IMG/VR virus record: IMGVR_UViG_3300035183_000733
Span: 309,760-373,759 of that record
DNA length: 64,000 nucleotides
Strand: one strand, 5' to 3'
Of this stretch, positions 35,754 to 46,209 are shown one piece after another. A program made the translations under genes and the position numbers. How positions within the stretch are numbered: the first letter of the stretch is position 1; each line of letters begins with the position of its first letter. Under the pieces are notes generated by a model that was not told where the DNA came from, did not search any database, and saw only the letters and a list, made by a program, of their open reading frames with translations.

Positions 35754-36269
35754 ATGGAAAACAAAAAAGAAAACATCGTGGCTCCAGAGGAGCAAAAGGA
35801 TGACATCAAGGCTCCGGTCGTGGACCAGGCCAAAGTTAAACTCGCGGCCGACGCACTCGAGTCGTTCAAGAAGGAGATAAAGAACAAGCTGTACGCTCTG
35901 CCTGGAGACTATTCTTTAGTCTCTGAGATCAAATGGTTCATCGAGAACGAGGCACAGTGGAAGGCCATGGAAGCCCTTGGAGTGGAAGAACTGACCAATA
36001 GGTTCAACGACCTTGGCGAGATAAAGAATGGGGTGTTCTACCTCAACGGTCTTGAAGTCGAGGCACTTCACTACTTCTTATCGAAGGTGGAAGGCAAGGG
36101 CAGGGAATCGAGCGCTAAGTATTTGCGCATGGTTCGCTCGGTTAACGAGGGACTAAAGATGAGGCAGGCGGACACTCGCCAGCAGATAAAGCTCGAGCAC
36201 GAGCTCGCTGCTGCCGAACAAGGCATAGACCTCGCGGCGCCCGTGGAGAAAAAAGAAGAGGAAGAGTAA
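35754..36269 (+). CDS. Hypothetical protein
   Basis: Follows GATATATAA at 35728. Confidence 0.7.
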   Translation: MENKKENIVAPEEQKDDIKAPVVDQAKVKLAADALESFKKEIKNKLYALPGDYSLVSEIKWFIENEAQWKAMEALGVEELTNRFNDLGEIKNGVFYLNGLEVEALHYFLSKVEGKGRESSAKYLRMVRSVNEGLKMRQADTRQQIKLEHELAAAEQGIDLAAPVEKKEEEE

Positions 36270-36533
36270 ATGGTTGACAAGACCACATTCGAGCTGCTCA
36301 AGAAGACAGTGGGCGAGATGGACGTCATAAATGGCGTCATCAAGGATTCGTTCGACGTTAGCACGGCACGGGCCTTAGAGCCCGTGCTCGGCGAGGTCGA
36401 TTTCGATTATCTCTCCAGCGTCAACCAGGCTAAGCTCGAGGAGCTCGTTGGCACGTTCCTCGCGCACGTGCGCAATACCCTTGAGAACGAGCTTGAGTTG
36501 AAGGCAATGGATATTAAACAACTAAAATCATAA
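36270..36533 (+). CDS. Hypothetical protein
   Basis: Abuts upstream stop. Confidence 0.6.
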   Translation: MVDKTTFELLKKTVGEMDVINGVIKDSFDVSTARALEPVLGEVDFDYLSSVNQAKLEELVGTFLAHVRNTLENELELKAMDIKQLKS

Positions 36534-36536
36534 GCT

Positions 36537-36866
36537 ATGTTTGACAAACTCAACAAGTACGTCGTCTACGCTATTTATGTCCTTGCGGTCATGTCTATGA
36601 TCAACGGGTGCAACGGGTGCAACACGTCAAAGGAGGTGAGCAAAATCCGCAAGGATGTTGACACGCTCGACGCAAGTCTCAACAAGTTCAAGCAGGAGAT
36701 CTACACCAAGGAGGAATCCGACGTGCGCATGTCCATCGAGGGCTACGAGATAAGCAAGAGGATGCTGTACGACCAGAACGCCATCGTGCGTACTGTGATG
36801 AGGCCTGATGACAGGATGGCCGAGTACGACCTCAAGATAAAGGAACTGAGGGAGAAACTCAAGTAA
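36537..36866 (+). CDS. Hypothetical protein with N-terminal TM/signal and coiled coil
   Basis: Hydrophobic N terminus followed by GCNGC. Confidence 0.6.
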   Translation: MFDKLNKYVVYAIYVLAVMSMINGCNGCNTSKEVSKIRKDVDTLDASLNKFKQEIYTKEESDVRMSIEGYEISKRMLYDQNAIVRTVMRPDDRMAEYDLKIKELREKLK

Positions 36867-36867
36867 G

Positions 36868-37563
36868 ATGGGATTGATACAGAAGATAAAGAGCCTCGAC
36901 AGAATGACGGTGATCAAGAATTCGTTCTTGGTCCCGATTCTGCTCGTGGTAATAATGTCCATCTCGCACGTGGTAAGCTGGTACGACATCGGCAACCCGA
37001 TGAGCTGGGCCATCTACCTCTCGGTAGCAATAGAGATATTCGCGTTGGCATCCGTGTCCGCCGCGAGCGTTAACATCAACCGCGCCTCGGTGTGGTTCTT
37101 GTTCACCCTCGTAACTTCCATACAAATTGTGGGTAACATATTCTTCGAGTACAACGACATCGACGTTACGGGCAAGTTGTTCAAATCCTGGATGGAGCTG
37201 ATCCAGCCGCTGTTTGAGGACTGGGATGTAACGGCGCACAAGAGATTCCTCGCGACAATACAGGGCGGAACCTTGCCGCTGATGTCGCTCACCGCGCTTC
37301 ACTATTACATAAAATTCGGCGACAAGCAGAGGGAGAATGAAGCTAAGGTAGCGGAACAGCCGGTAGCTAAACCGGAGGAACCCAAACCTGTAGAATCTAC
37401 GGAACCTGTGGAAATCTCCAACGTGGAGCCACCAATGCCTATTGAGGATGCCATGCGTGCGGAACCGGTAACCGAAACGCCTCAAACACAGCCAGAGCAG
37501 ATCGAGCCTGAGCAAAAGAAGGACGACGATGACATCGCGCCCTATACAAATCACGACCAGTAA
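36868..37563 (+). CDS. Multi-pass membrane protein with acidic Pro-rich tail
   Basis: Four hydrophobic segments. Confidence 0.7.
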   Translation: MGLIQKIKSLDRMTVIKNSFLVPILLVVIMSISHVVSWYDIGNPMSWAIYLSVAIEIFALASVSAASVNINRASVWFLFTLVTSIQIVGNIFFEYNDIDVTGKLFKSWMELIQPLFEDWDVTAHKRFLATIQGGTLPLMSLTALHYYIKFGDKQRENEAKVAEQPVAKPEEPKPVESTEPVEISNVEPPMPIEDAMRAEPVTETPQTQPEQIEPEQKKDDDDIAPYTNHDQ

Positions 37564-37565
37564 AA

Positions 37566-38078
37566 ATGGGACAGCCAAACAATAACCCCTTCAACAAGAT
37601 AAAATGTACAGGCGGCAGTGACGTAGTCGTCGCGCAGCCTGGCAACGGCGGCATAAGCATTGTGCAGGGGGCCAACACGTTGTTCACACTTCCGTTCAAC
37701 TGGTTCCTGCCGGTAAACATTTACCAGTACAAGGAGTTCTACCTGCAGCCGAACACGAGTCCGTCAACCGGCGCAAACTCTATGCAGCTTGAGGCGTGCA
37801 ACACTACAAATGATAACGGGGAGGATTCTGCCGTGATAATAATAGTGGAGTACCCCGACTATGACGTATCCAATGAGCAGGTGCACACTGACGAGAAGTA
37901 CATAAAGTACGTCTACCCTATAGGTGGACAGGAAATGAACATAGGAAAGATCATGATGCTCACTGGCACCAACAAAGCAGGTGCAGGGTGGGATCTTCTG
38001 TCATCTCCGGGCGGAATGTTGCTCTACAACCCGCACCCAAATTTTGCAGTCAAAGTAAAAGTATTGATATTAGCTTAA
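37566..38078 (+). CDS. Hypothetical (likely virion) protein
   Basis: Beta-rich composition in the late operon. Confidence 0.6.
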   Translation: MGQPNNNPFNKIKCTGGSDVVVAQPGNGGISIVQGANTLFTLPFNWFLPVNIYQYKEFYLQPNTSPSTGANSMQLEACNTTNDNGEDSAVIIIVEYPDYDVSNEQVHTDEKYIKYVYPIGGQEMNIGKIMMLTGTNKAGAGWDLLSSPGGMLLYNPHPNFAVKVKVLILA

Positions 38079-38088
38079 AGAAAATCTC

Positions 38089-38421
38089 ATGACACCAAAT
38101 TCAGCTTACGAACTCGTCAGCATTGAGAAAGATGTCGACTACTCACCGAAGATCAACAACCAGCCCACGTCGACAAACGACGGACCTGTAGTATCAAAGG
38201 GCATGACACCACCAGTATTTGCGCTGTGGTGCGTGGAGTCCTGCACGACGGGAACAGTCACCATACACCCTCTCGGCAACGAGAACCCGATAGAGGTACC
38301 GTGCAATGCGTTCAAACCTGGCGTGGTGTACTACATCTACCTCAAGAAACTGTTGAAGGACAATGATGGCAAGGTAAAATTTATCGGGTACAGGTACAAG
38401 GACAACCCGATGACGTACTAA
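38089..38421 (+). CDS. Hypothetical protein
   Basis: 110-aa ORF followed by terminator at about 38447-38470. Confidence 0.65.
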   Translation: MTPNSAYELVSIEKDVDYSPKINNQPTSTNDGPVVSKGMTPPVFALWCVESCTTGTVTIHPLGNENPIEVPCNAFKPGVVYYIYLKKLLKDNDGKVKFIGYRYKDNPMTY

Positions 38422-38551
38422 GAATATCTTTATATATCTGGTATCAGGCCCTCGTTAGTGGGGCTTTTTCATTATGAATTTCGTAAGCAGAACCTGCTTT
38501 TTGAGATATATAATATGAACCGGTTTTCGGATTAAATTAAACCGTTCTGAG

Positions 38552-39034
38552 ATGGAAAAGACAATTAAAAAGATGTTCGACGAGGCGCTACATTGCCTCA
38601 ACTGGGACGTCATCATAAACTTCTACGAGTCTAACGATCGGGAATCATTTTTCTTGAATAAGCGGAGGGGAAGGGGTGTAATAACCAAGGAGAGCATCCG
38701 AAAGGAACTCAGGAACCTTGTGGAATACGTGCACAACAACGACATATCCCGCTTCGAGGCAGATCAATGGATAATAATGTACAAGAGAAGCGACGGGGAT
38801 CTCGGGGCGATGCTCGAAATAATCTTCGCGCCAACTAAGGGATGCGCCTTCGAGGACGAGGTGGAGTACCGGACCGAGGAAGAGGCGACGCAAGACGCCT
38901 ATGAGGTAGAGGTGCTTACCGAGCTTCTTGAGAAGTCCGTCAAGGAAGAGAACTATGAGCTATCGGCAGTCCTCCGCGACAGGATAAACAAAATAAACAA
39001 GGCGAACAAGCAGATGGTCAAAGTCCTAAAGTAA
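38552..39034 (+). CDS. Hypothetical protein with C-terminal UvrB/UvrC motif
   Basis: LEKSVKEENYELSAVLRDRI. Confidence 0.7.
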   Translation: MEKTIKKMFDEALHCLNWDVIINFYESNDRESFFLNKRRGRGVITKESIRKELRNLVEYVHNNDISRFEADQWIIMYKRSDGDLGAMLEIIFAPTKGCAFEDEVEYRTEEEATQDAYEVEVLTELLEKSVKEENYELSAVLRDRINKINKANKQMVKVLK

Positions 39035-39111
39035 CATTCAAAGCCCAATATACCGGTTCTATCCCCGCCAAAGCGCGGGGATTTTCTTTTATCCGGGGAT
39101 ATATAAAAAAG

Positions 39112-39573
39112 ATGAAACATTTAGTCATATTCGAGGCATTCCCGACGGTCTACGCCGAACCGACTTACGCCAACCAGGTGTTCAAGGTGAGGTACAGGCA
39201 GAACGCCGACCTGTCCAACAAGAAGGGCAACGACACAGTCAAGAAGCCAGAGAATGACTTACTCGACAAGTTCTCCCAAGGTGACGTGGTTAGCGGCACC
39301 GGCATTGAGGACAAAAAGACACACAAGGGCCACGTTCTCAGAATAAAGAAGGACTCGCACGGAGAGAACCTCGCGATATTCATTGAGGAGGATGGCAAAG
39401 AGATAGAGCTGCTCCCGTCGACAGTTAAAATGGAAGACGAGATCGGCAACCTCGTACCGAACGACGTAGCGGATCCGACCGCTCTTGATAAGTTCGATCC
39501 TACTCCAGGTGACGCATTTCAGCCATACGAGATGAGGAACCTAAAGGGTTTTGGCGACTACGGCCAAGTCTAA
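39112..39573 (+). CDS. Hypothetical protein with MKHLVIFEAF N-terminal motif
   Basis: Follows terminator and GATATATAA at 39098. Confidence 0.7.
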   Translation: MKHLVIFEAFPTVYAEPTYANQVFKVRYRQNADLSNKKGNDTVKKPENDLLDKFSQGDVVSGTGIEDKKTHKGHVLRIKKDSHGENLAIFIEEDGKEIELLPSTVKMEDEIGNLVPNDVADPTALDKFDPTPGDAFQPYEMRNLKGFGDYGQV

Positions 39574-39881
39574 GACAGGGGATTCTTAAGCGTAGAATTT
39601 TCCACAATAAGTTTGAAGTTGCTCTCGGTGCGTCTGACCAGGTCGGGGAACTTCTTTACGTCCTCATACGGGAGGGCGAACCATTCGCCATTCACATTAT
39701 ACCTCGAGAAGAACCTGTGGAGCGCTTTCTCTATCTTGGTCGCGTACATGACCTCCATCTCGTATATAAGCTCGAATACGGTCGCCCCGGCGGTCTGTAG
39801 TTGCTTCAGGCGCTCCTTTGGGTTCTTACTGTACCCAATCTTGTAATGGTCTTCGCCGTCCCTTATCAGATAGATTTTCAC
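39570..39881 (-). CDS. GIY-YIG / T5orf172-like domain protein
   Basis: IYLI...YKIGYSKNPKERLKQLQT...IEKALH...GEWF. Confidence 0.85.
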   Translation of the reverse strand: MKIYLIRDGEDHYKIGYSKNPKERLKQLQTAGATVFELIYEMEVMYATKIEKALHRFFSRYNVNGEWFALPYEDVKKFPDLVRRTESNFKLIVENSTLKNPLS

Positions 39882-39914
39882 GTTTTATATATTCGGGAAT
39901 GAAATATATAAACC

Positions 39915-40421
39915 ATGGACCACATCATCGAATACGAAGCGTTCAACGAGAAGAAACAGGCTGGCGTGATATACCATTACACCAAGCCTAAGTATCTATT
40001 GAAGATACTTGAGGAGGACCGGATGACTTCCGGACACCAGTTCATATCGTTCTCGAGGAACGCAAATCTCAAGGAGTGGGGCGACTGGTACGGTGCAAAT
40101 TGTAGGATCACCTTCAACGGCAGTGACCTAACGGACAAGTTCAAGATGGAGCCGTATCTATTCGACCCGGCAAAGGACGTACTGTTTGGAGGTGGACCGG
40201 CCGTCAGCGTGGAGGAGAGGAGAAAGCGATATGGCATAGAGCGGGAAGAGCGCATCCATAAGGAGGAGATAAGCGGCATCAAGAAGTACATAGTACAGGT
40301 GGACGTACTGAACCCGAGCGACGATGATAAGGAGAAAATAAATAAGGCGATCACCGAAAATCCGGACATCAAAATCCAGATAGTGGACGCTTTCAGACCT
40401 GTAAAGGGAATAATAGTATAA
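39915..40421 (+). CDS. Hypothetical protein with MDHIIEYEAFNE N-terminal motif
   Basis: IYHYT...ISFSR...E-E pattern is weakly ART-like; follows AATATATAA. Confidence 0.65.
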   Translation: MDHIIEYEAFNEKKQAGVIYHYTKPKYLLKILEEDRMTSGHQFISFSRNANLKEWGDWYGANCRITFNGSDLTDKFKMEPYLFDPAKDVLFGGGPAVSVEERRKRYGIEREERIHKEEISGIKKYIVQVDVLNPSDDDKEKINKAITENPDIKIQIVDAFRPVKGIIV

Positions 40422-40835
40422 ATGGACAAACCGGGGTTATATGAGGTTATATGGCAGAACGGATTGCAACCGGAGCTCGTGACATTCTGCACAGGGCTGA
40501 ACTGGTTGTACATCATAATCCTATCAACAGCGTTCTACGGCATGACGCACACCAACACGCTGGACTGGTTCCAGGAGCTGTCGCCGAAAACGTGGTGGAG
40601 GCGCAACACGATGTGGTTCGCCGGTCTGATCGCTATGGCGTTTTTTGTAGTGTTTCACCTCCTCGAGTTCGGTTCGGAAAATTTCAGCACGTACCTGTCT
40701 GGCAACCTGCGGTCGCTGTTCTTCACCGTGGTGTTCTCCAGCATATTCATAGACATACCGGTTTACATAATAAAAGGTCTGAGCAAGTTCATAGAGACCA
40801 AGACCGACAAGAAAGAAAAAGCCCCAGGAAGTTAA
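40422..40835 (+). CDS. Membrane protein, possible holin
   Basis: Three hydrophobic segments and a charged C terminus. Confidence 0.5.
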   Translation: MDKPGLYEVIWQNGLQPELVTFCTGLNWLYIIILSTAFYGMTHTNTLDWFQELSPKTWWRRNTMWFAGLIAMAFFVVFHLLEFGSENFSTYLSGNLRSLFFTVVFSSIFIDIPVYIIKGLSKFIETKTDKKEKAPGS

Positions 40836-40975
40836 CCCGGGGCTTTCTAATTATCGGCCTCTCTTTAGCTGGTATAGGTTTATCGCAATCACGAGTACGT
40901 TCATTATGATGATGGGGTAGGCTTCAAGCATCATGCCGTATATAACGAACATACCACAAGCTATGCTGTTCATTA

Positions 40976-41311
40976 TTATTCAGGTTTCCATGAACACGAG
41001 AACGATTGTATTACTTTCTCGCGCGTCGATTTCTTTTTGCATGTGTGCTTTATAGTTACTGTCCTCGGGTACTTGCTCGCCGGCTTGTACGCGAAGTCGG
41101 ACATCACCGTCTCCCACTTCTCGACATCCACTATGTTTTTCACGCACTCGGAGACTGCTGGCTTGAGCTCCGGGAACTTGTCCAGGAATTGCTTGAGCTC
41201 CTCGCTCATGAACGGCAGCGTCTTCATTTTCTCATCGCAGGTTTTATCCTCTCTGTTGGTGCCGTACGATTGTACCTCGTCTGCGCGCACTTGGGTTAGT
41301 GTATCGTTCAT
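40976..41311 (-). CDS. Hypothetical protein
   Basis: Start MNDTLTQ after TATAAAAA. Confidence 0.6.
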   Translation of the reverse strand: MNDTLTQVRADEVQSYGTNREDKTCDEKMKTLPFMSEELKQFLDKFPELKPAVSECVKNIVDVEKWETVMSDFAYKPASKYPRTVTIKHTCKKKSTREKVIQSFSCSWKPE

Positions 41312-41318
41312 GATATTT

Positions 41319-42314
41319 TTATACGTTAATGGATTGTACATACTTGATGTGTTCAGGGCTCATGGGAACCCCTGTGAAGTTAAGTGTAAGGAACACGCGG
41401 ATAACGTCAGCGTCCGACGTGTACTCCTCCAGCTTAGCAAAGGCCACGCGGTCGTACGACAGGATGTGGCGCTGCGCATCAGGAGAAAGGTCATTCCAGT
41501 AGTTGCCGTGCAGGTCAGGAAACTTGCCCTGAATGAAGTCAAGGATGGCGTTAAGGCGTTGCTTGCCGTCCACGCAGTCCCAGTTGTAGCCGTGACCGGA
41601 CTCCTTCATCTCCTTGGCGATTTGCTCCCACGACTTGTAACGGAACACGATCTTGCCGATCTCAATCCAGTTGTACATGGACTCGATAAGCTGCTGCTTC
41701 TGCTCGGTGGTCCACACCAGGCCGCGCTGATAGTATTTTTTGTTGCCGTCCTTGTCGATGATATACGGGTCAAAATTGCACCCGCCGTATGACTTGCCCA
41801 CGAGCTCGTCCTCGCTCGGGTGGTTTGACCTCTGAATCACCTCCTTGACCTCCATGCGCTCATAGCTGTCCGTGCGACGACCGTAACCACAGTCGGATAG
41901 AATGGACTCTACAGACTTGTTGTAAAAGGTCACGCGTGGCGGCTCAGACTTAAACGGGTTGCTACCGCAGTGCGCGTACGAGCGGAACACCCACTCCTCC
42001 TTACAAAGCTCGATGCCGTGCGGGAAGTGTCGCCCCTCGACGGACACCTTGCCTGCGGCGCTCGGGATGGACTTGGATAACATCCCAACGGCAAATACCT
42101 TGCCGTCCTTTGTGTCAATTATTTCGCGGACGGTGCCGCCGTACGAGAAGTGCATGTCCTTAGGGACCTCCTCCTTCTTCTTTGACTTTCCACGGCGGGT
42201 GACAACCGTCTCCATCACCTGGTAGTCTATTTTAATGTCGACACTGTCGCCAACTTGGATTGGACGTGCAGTCCACGCGTCTATTTGTGCTTGCTTATTT
42301 GTGATAGTTTCCAT
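41319..42314 (-). CDS. DUF262 (ParB/GmrS-like) domain protein
   Basis: YQRGLVWTTEQKQQLIES, CVDGKQRLNAI, F-x-x-LNFTG. Confidence 0.8.
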   Translation of the reverse strand: METITNKQAQIDAWTARPIQVGDSVDIKIDYQVMETVVTRRGKSKKKEEVPKDMHFSYGGTVREIIDTKDGKVFAVGMLSKSIPSAAGKVSVEGRHFPHGIELCKEEWVFRSYAHCGSNPFKSEPPRVTFYNKSVESILSDCGYGRRTDSYERMEVKEVIQRSNHPSEDELVGKSYGGCNFDPYIIDKDGNKKYYQRGLVWTTEQKQQLIESMYNWIEIGKIVFRYKSWEQIAKEMKESGHGYNWDCVDGKQRLNAILDFIQGKFPDLHGNYWNDLSPDAQRHILSYDRVAFAKLEEYTSDADVIRVFLTLNFTGVPMSPEHIKYVQSINV

Positions 42315-42369
42315 TTCGTTTGATTTGATATAGTAAAGATAAGAACTTTTTATCAAATATGAAAATAAA

Positions 42370-42780
42370 TTGATGGAAAATATTAACAATATACCAATAA
42401 ATAAAAGCCAGCCCTATTCAGGCCGGCTCTGCTCCGGTGCACGGCTTCACCACAGGCGTTTTCCTTGCAGAAATTATCAACCCCGTAGTCTGTCTACCTT
42501 ACAGGATTTTGAGTCCCTCATCCATTTATCGGTACCGGCGTGTGTTGCTATTATCCAGCTTCTACTGGACCCCTTGGACGTTAGGGACCCGTACTTCTCC
42601 AAGGAGGACAACTGGATATTCCGGGCGGTCCACGACTACTACACCCACATAATAACCAAGACGGAGGACTTCGACCTAAGGGGCGAGCTGCGCGCGTACA
42701 ACACGCACGCCAAGCTGGTGCCGCCGGACGCGCTCCCCGCATTGTTCACAGAGGTCGTGGGGGCAGGTGTGCTTACATAA
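42370..42780 (+). pseudogene. C-terminal fragment of a conserved phage protein
   Basis: PYFSKEDNWIFRAVHDYYTH...FDLRGELRAYNTH...ALFTEVVG preceded by non-protein-like sequence. Confidence 0.45.
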
Positions 42781-42854
42781 AGAAGGACAAGTTCCCGAAG
42801 CAAAAAATATCGGTTCTCCCGGGGTTCGACTTCAAAACGATAGATATATAAAGT

Positions 42855-43904
42855 ATGAAACACATCAAATCATTCGACGACCACGTATCCGAAAAGAAGA
42901 AGGAGGACAAACCAAAGAAGGAGCGCAAGCCCCAGTGGTGGGACAAGTACACCAAGTACGAGCTGTCCGCGTACCCCGTGAACATACCGGAGGACGACGT
43001 GACGGTCGACCTGTCCGGCGATATTCACTCGCATCCCGTGCTCACATGGAACAGCCCGAAGACTGGCAAGAAAGTTTACTCGTACACCAGGAAGAGGATG
43101 GAAGCGCAGAAGGCCGAGAAGTACAGCAGGATTTCGAACCTGTCGGATTCCCAGATAGAGAAGATAAAGGTCAAGTGCCACGAGGACATAGTTCTCGGCG
43201 ACACTAACGATTCTGACAAGCAGGCGGCCGCGGTTGTGTCCATAATCGCGCAGACCGGACTTAGACCTGGCAGCAGGGAAGGCTTCGAAAAGACTGAGAA
43301 CCGCGGGGTGTTGACGCTCGGGCCGGACAATGTAAAGATAAACGGCGATAAGATACGGCTCGAGTTCGTCGGCAAGTCGTACAAGAAGAACGTTGCCGAG
43401 TTTGAGGACGGGGCGCTCGCGCACTACCTGCAGAATAGAATAAAGGAACAGCGCGGCGAGGAGTTCTTATTCGACATATCCAAGAGCACGGTGGACCATT
43501 ACTACAAGGACAAACTGAAGATGGAGAGTTTCAAGATAAAGGACCTCCGCACTTTCATTGCCAACAAACTGGCGAAGATATTCTTGAATAGTTCGGAAGT
43601 GTCACCGCCACCGGTGCCGGAAAAACCAGCGGAAATTAAGAAGGCCGTCAAGAGCAAGCTCAGGCGGGCATTCGAGTACGTATCCAAGATGCTCAATAAC
43701 TCACCAGCCATGGCGAGGAATAGCTATGTAGATCCGGGCGTGATAGATTCGTGGCTCAACAAGCTTGGCATCCGTTCGGTAATAACGGAGGACGCAGAGC
43801 AGCCAGAGGGGTCGGAACCCGAGAAGTTCATCGGGAACGCACCGGTTTATGCCCTGCCAAAGTGGTGGGACGATGAGGACGCCGAGCTCGTAAAGGACAA
43901 GTAA
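42855..43904 (+). CDS. DNA topoisomerase IB with MKHIKSF N-terminal motif
   Basis: TGLRPG (R), FVGKS (K), KDLRT (R), NSPAMARNSY (catalytic Tyr). Confidence 0.88.
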   Translation: MKHIKSFDDHVSEKKKEDKPKKERKPQWWDKYTKYELSAYPVNIPEDDVTVDLSGDIHSHPVLTWNSPKTGKKVYSYTRKRMEAQKAEKYSRISNLSDSQIEKIKVKCHEDIVLGDTNDSDKQAAAVVSIIAQTGLRPGSREGFEKTENRGVLTLGPDNVKINGDKIRLEFVGKSYKKNVAEFEDGALAHYLQNRIKEQRGEEFLFDISKSTVDHYYKDKLKMESFKIKDLRTFIANKLAKIFLNSSEVSPPPVPEKPAEIKKAVKSKLRRAFEYVSKMLNNSPAMARNSYVDPGVIDSWLNKLGIRSVITEDAEQPEGSEPEKFIGNAPVYALPKWWDDEDAELVKDK

Positions 43905-44138
43905 AGAAACCAATAAGTTAGGGGACCAGATATGGTCCTTTTTTATTTCCATAATTTATTTTTTATTCGGACAAAACTTCGTAACTTTACACCATGAGCA
44001 AAACTTCAAATTTTATTATCGAGAACTGAATCCCGAGGTGGATGACAGCGACAGTAACATCGAGGCCCAAGCGGAAGCCAACCAACAGCAAATGGACTAT
44101 GAGAGAATAATCAGGTTGGGACATCCTGTGGAGGACCT

Positions 44139-44555
44139 ATGGCCGGTATTGTAGCAATTCTAATATTGCTCGGGACCTTATTGGCGTACGCCCTTGTCCT
44201 ACGCAAACGCGACAAGCAGAACGTGGCCAGGGAGATCGAGATTCTCCGTAAGCTCGTCAACGAATCCCAGTCCCCAGACAAGCTCAGTGGGTACAAGGAG
44301 ATTGCGTGGAAGTGCCGCATCATGTGCACCAAGTCGCAAGCTGCGGAGATAGACGCGTTGATAGCGGACATCAACACCCGACAAATTGAATGGATGAGCC
44401 TGGCGCTCGACGAAGAACTCGACGGCATCATAGATTTCATGCAACCAAAACCGCAGAACACGCTGACAAGAATCCTTCGCTCGAGAGGACACAGTCGTCC
44501 CACAAAAATGGAAGCACAAAAGATGCAACGCGAGCCTATTCTACTGAAGAGTTAG
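44139..44555 (+). CDS. Hypothetical protein with N-terminal TM helix
   Basis: 138-aa ORF. Confidence 0.55.
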   Translation: MAGIVAILILLGTLLAYALVLRKRDKQNVAREIEILRKLVNESQSPDKLSGYKEIAWKCRIMCTKSQAAEIDALIADINTRQIEWMSLALDEELDGIIDFMQPKPQNTLTRILRSRGHSRPTKMEAQKMQREPILLKS

Positions 44556-44701
44556 AAGTTTTTCATAAATTCATTAAGATGGATAAGCAGGAAGTGATAA
44601 ACAAAATAAAGGAAGGCAAGTACGAGCTTGAATCGACGGCGAGGAAGTCGCAGTGTGGCGTGCGGTGGACGAGTACGGATATTTAATAACAAAAAAGAAC
44701 T

Positions 44702-45281
44702 ATGAAGTATCAAATAATATATGCTAACCCTCCCTGGAGTTATTACAATGATAGCACAGCAAAACAAGATTGCACAACAGTAAAAGGAATGAGGCGACCA
44801 CCATATTCAGTAATGAGTTCAAACGAAATAATGAACTTACCTGTAAAAGAAATTGCAGATGATAACGCAATACTTTTTATTTGGACTACTGACTATCATT
44901 TGGCAAGATGTATTGAGGTAATAAAAGCGTGGGGGTTTGAATATAGGATTTGTTTGGGCGAAGAAGAATAAGAAAGGTTTGCCTGTGTGCTTTATGGGTG
45001 CATACACAATGAAAAGCGGAACGGAACTATGCCTACTTGCAACAAGGGGCAAGGATGCTCACAAACTTGTAAGGAAGCATAATGTAAGGTCGCTGATTGA
45101 AAGCCAAAGAGAACACCATTCAAAGAAACCTGATGAAGTAAGAACACGAATAGTTGAACTGCTCGGAGATTTGCCAAGAGTAGAATTGTTTGCAAGAGAG
45201 AAACACGATGGATGGGATGTGTGGGGCGATGAAGTAATTAGCTCGTTTTCTTTTTGGGGAGGGGAAAAAAATAAAAAATGA
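44702..45281 (+). pseudogene. MT-A70-family adenine methyltransferase, frameshifted near 44940
   Basis: IIYANPPW...LFIWTT...WGFEY, then IGFVWAK...TELCLLATRG...HSKKP...ELFAR in another frame; AT-rich. Confidence 0.85.
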
Positions 45282-45395
45282 TAACTACTGTATAGCCCAA
45301 AAACACCAAATGGAAACTATCTCAATTACAACAACTTAACAAAAACCTGAGATGAGATTGATAAAAAGATAAAGTATTGATAGTTATGAAAGCGA

Positions 45396-45932
45396 TTGAT
45401 GTTTCGATGGTATATCAAGGTGATACTTGAATATACAGGTAAATCAGGAGTTGAACACACTATAAAAACAAATATCATGCGAATAAGAACAAACACACCA
45501 AGCGCGCTCGACACGGTAATAAGGATACTGTCGGACAGTAAGGTGAACTGTGAGAAGCGCAGCAACAACGAAGTGGAACTGCCGTCGGCCAGAGAGGAGG
45601 ACGTCAGGGTACTGCTACAGGAGAAACTCGACGAGGCGAAGTTCGACTTTGCCAATGACACGGTTCTCGTTAACGGCAACTCCATCTGGTCGTACGCCAA
45701 AATCACGAGGGAGTTGTCGAGGATCAAGAAGCGCGGAAGCACCGAAGGTATATCCAAGTACTTCTACAACTTCATGCACCTCAACTTCACAATCGCACAC
45801 TATAACATCCATGGGTGGGCCGCACAGCACCCGACCTGGGCATCCGTCCGGGAAGTGCTCGAGGACGCCAACTGCCCGGTGTGGAAGACCGACGTAAAGA
45901 AGATTCTTGAATACGTAACCAGGATGCAATAG
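45396..45932 (+). CDS. Hypothetical protein (start uncertain, possibly 45477)
   Basis: SKYFYNFMHLNFTIAHYNIHGW conserved-looking block. Confidence 0.55.
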   Translation: MMFRWYIKVILEYTGKSGVEHTIKTNIMRIRTNTPSALDTVIRILSDSKVNCEKRSNNEVELPSAREEDVRVLLQEKLDEAKFDFANDTVLVNGNSIWSYAKITRELSRIKKRGSTEGISKYFYNFMHLNFTIAHYNIHGWAAQHPTWASVREVLEDANCPVWKTDVKKILEYVTRMQ

Positions 45933-45981
45933 TTTAAAGATAGACAATGTTCGTTAGTTCGCCGTGGTTACTCAAAGAATC

Positions 45982-46192
45982 ATGAACATGAAGGACACGT
46001 TCCAGCACCTGGCGTTCGTGTGCTGCGCCGAAGACGGGCGGATGCGCGCAGATAAGAAAACGGCGGAACTTATTGGTGATGTCCAAGAAGACGCTTCGCA
46101 AGGCGAGCATGAAGCTCGTCAAGAAAGGACTGTTCAATGTGAGAGACGGAGTGTTTACTGTTTCCAAAAAAGGACGGAAGCACATAAAATAA
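45982..46192 (+). pseudogene. Small winged-helix-like gene with a 1-nt frameshift
   Basis: ...KKTAELIG continues as MSKKTLRKASMKLVKKGLFNVRDGVFTVSKKG in another frame. Confidence 0.45.
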
Positions 46193-46209
46193 ATTAGTAT
46201 ATTTGCATC

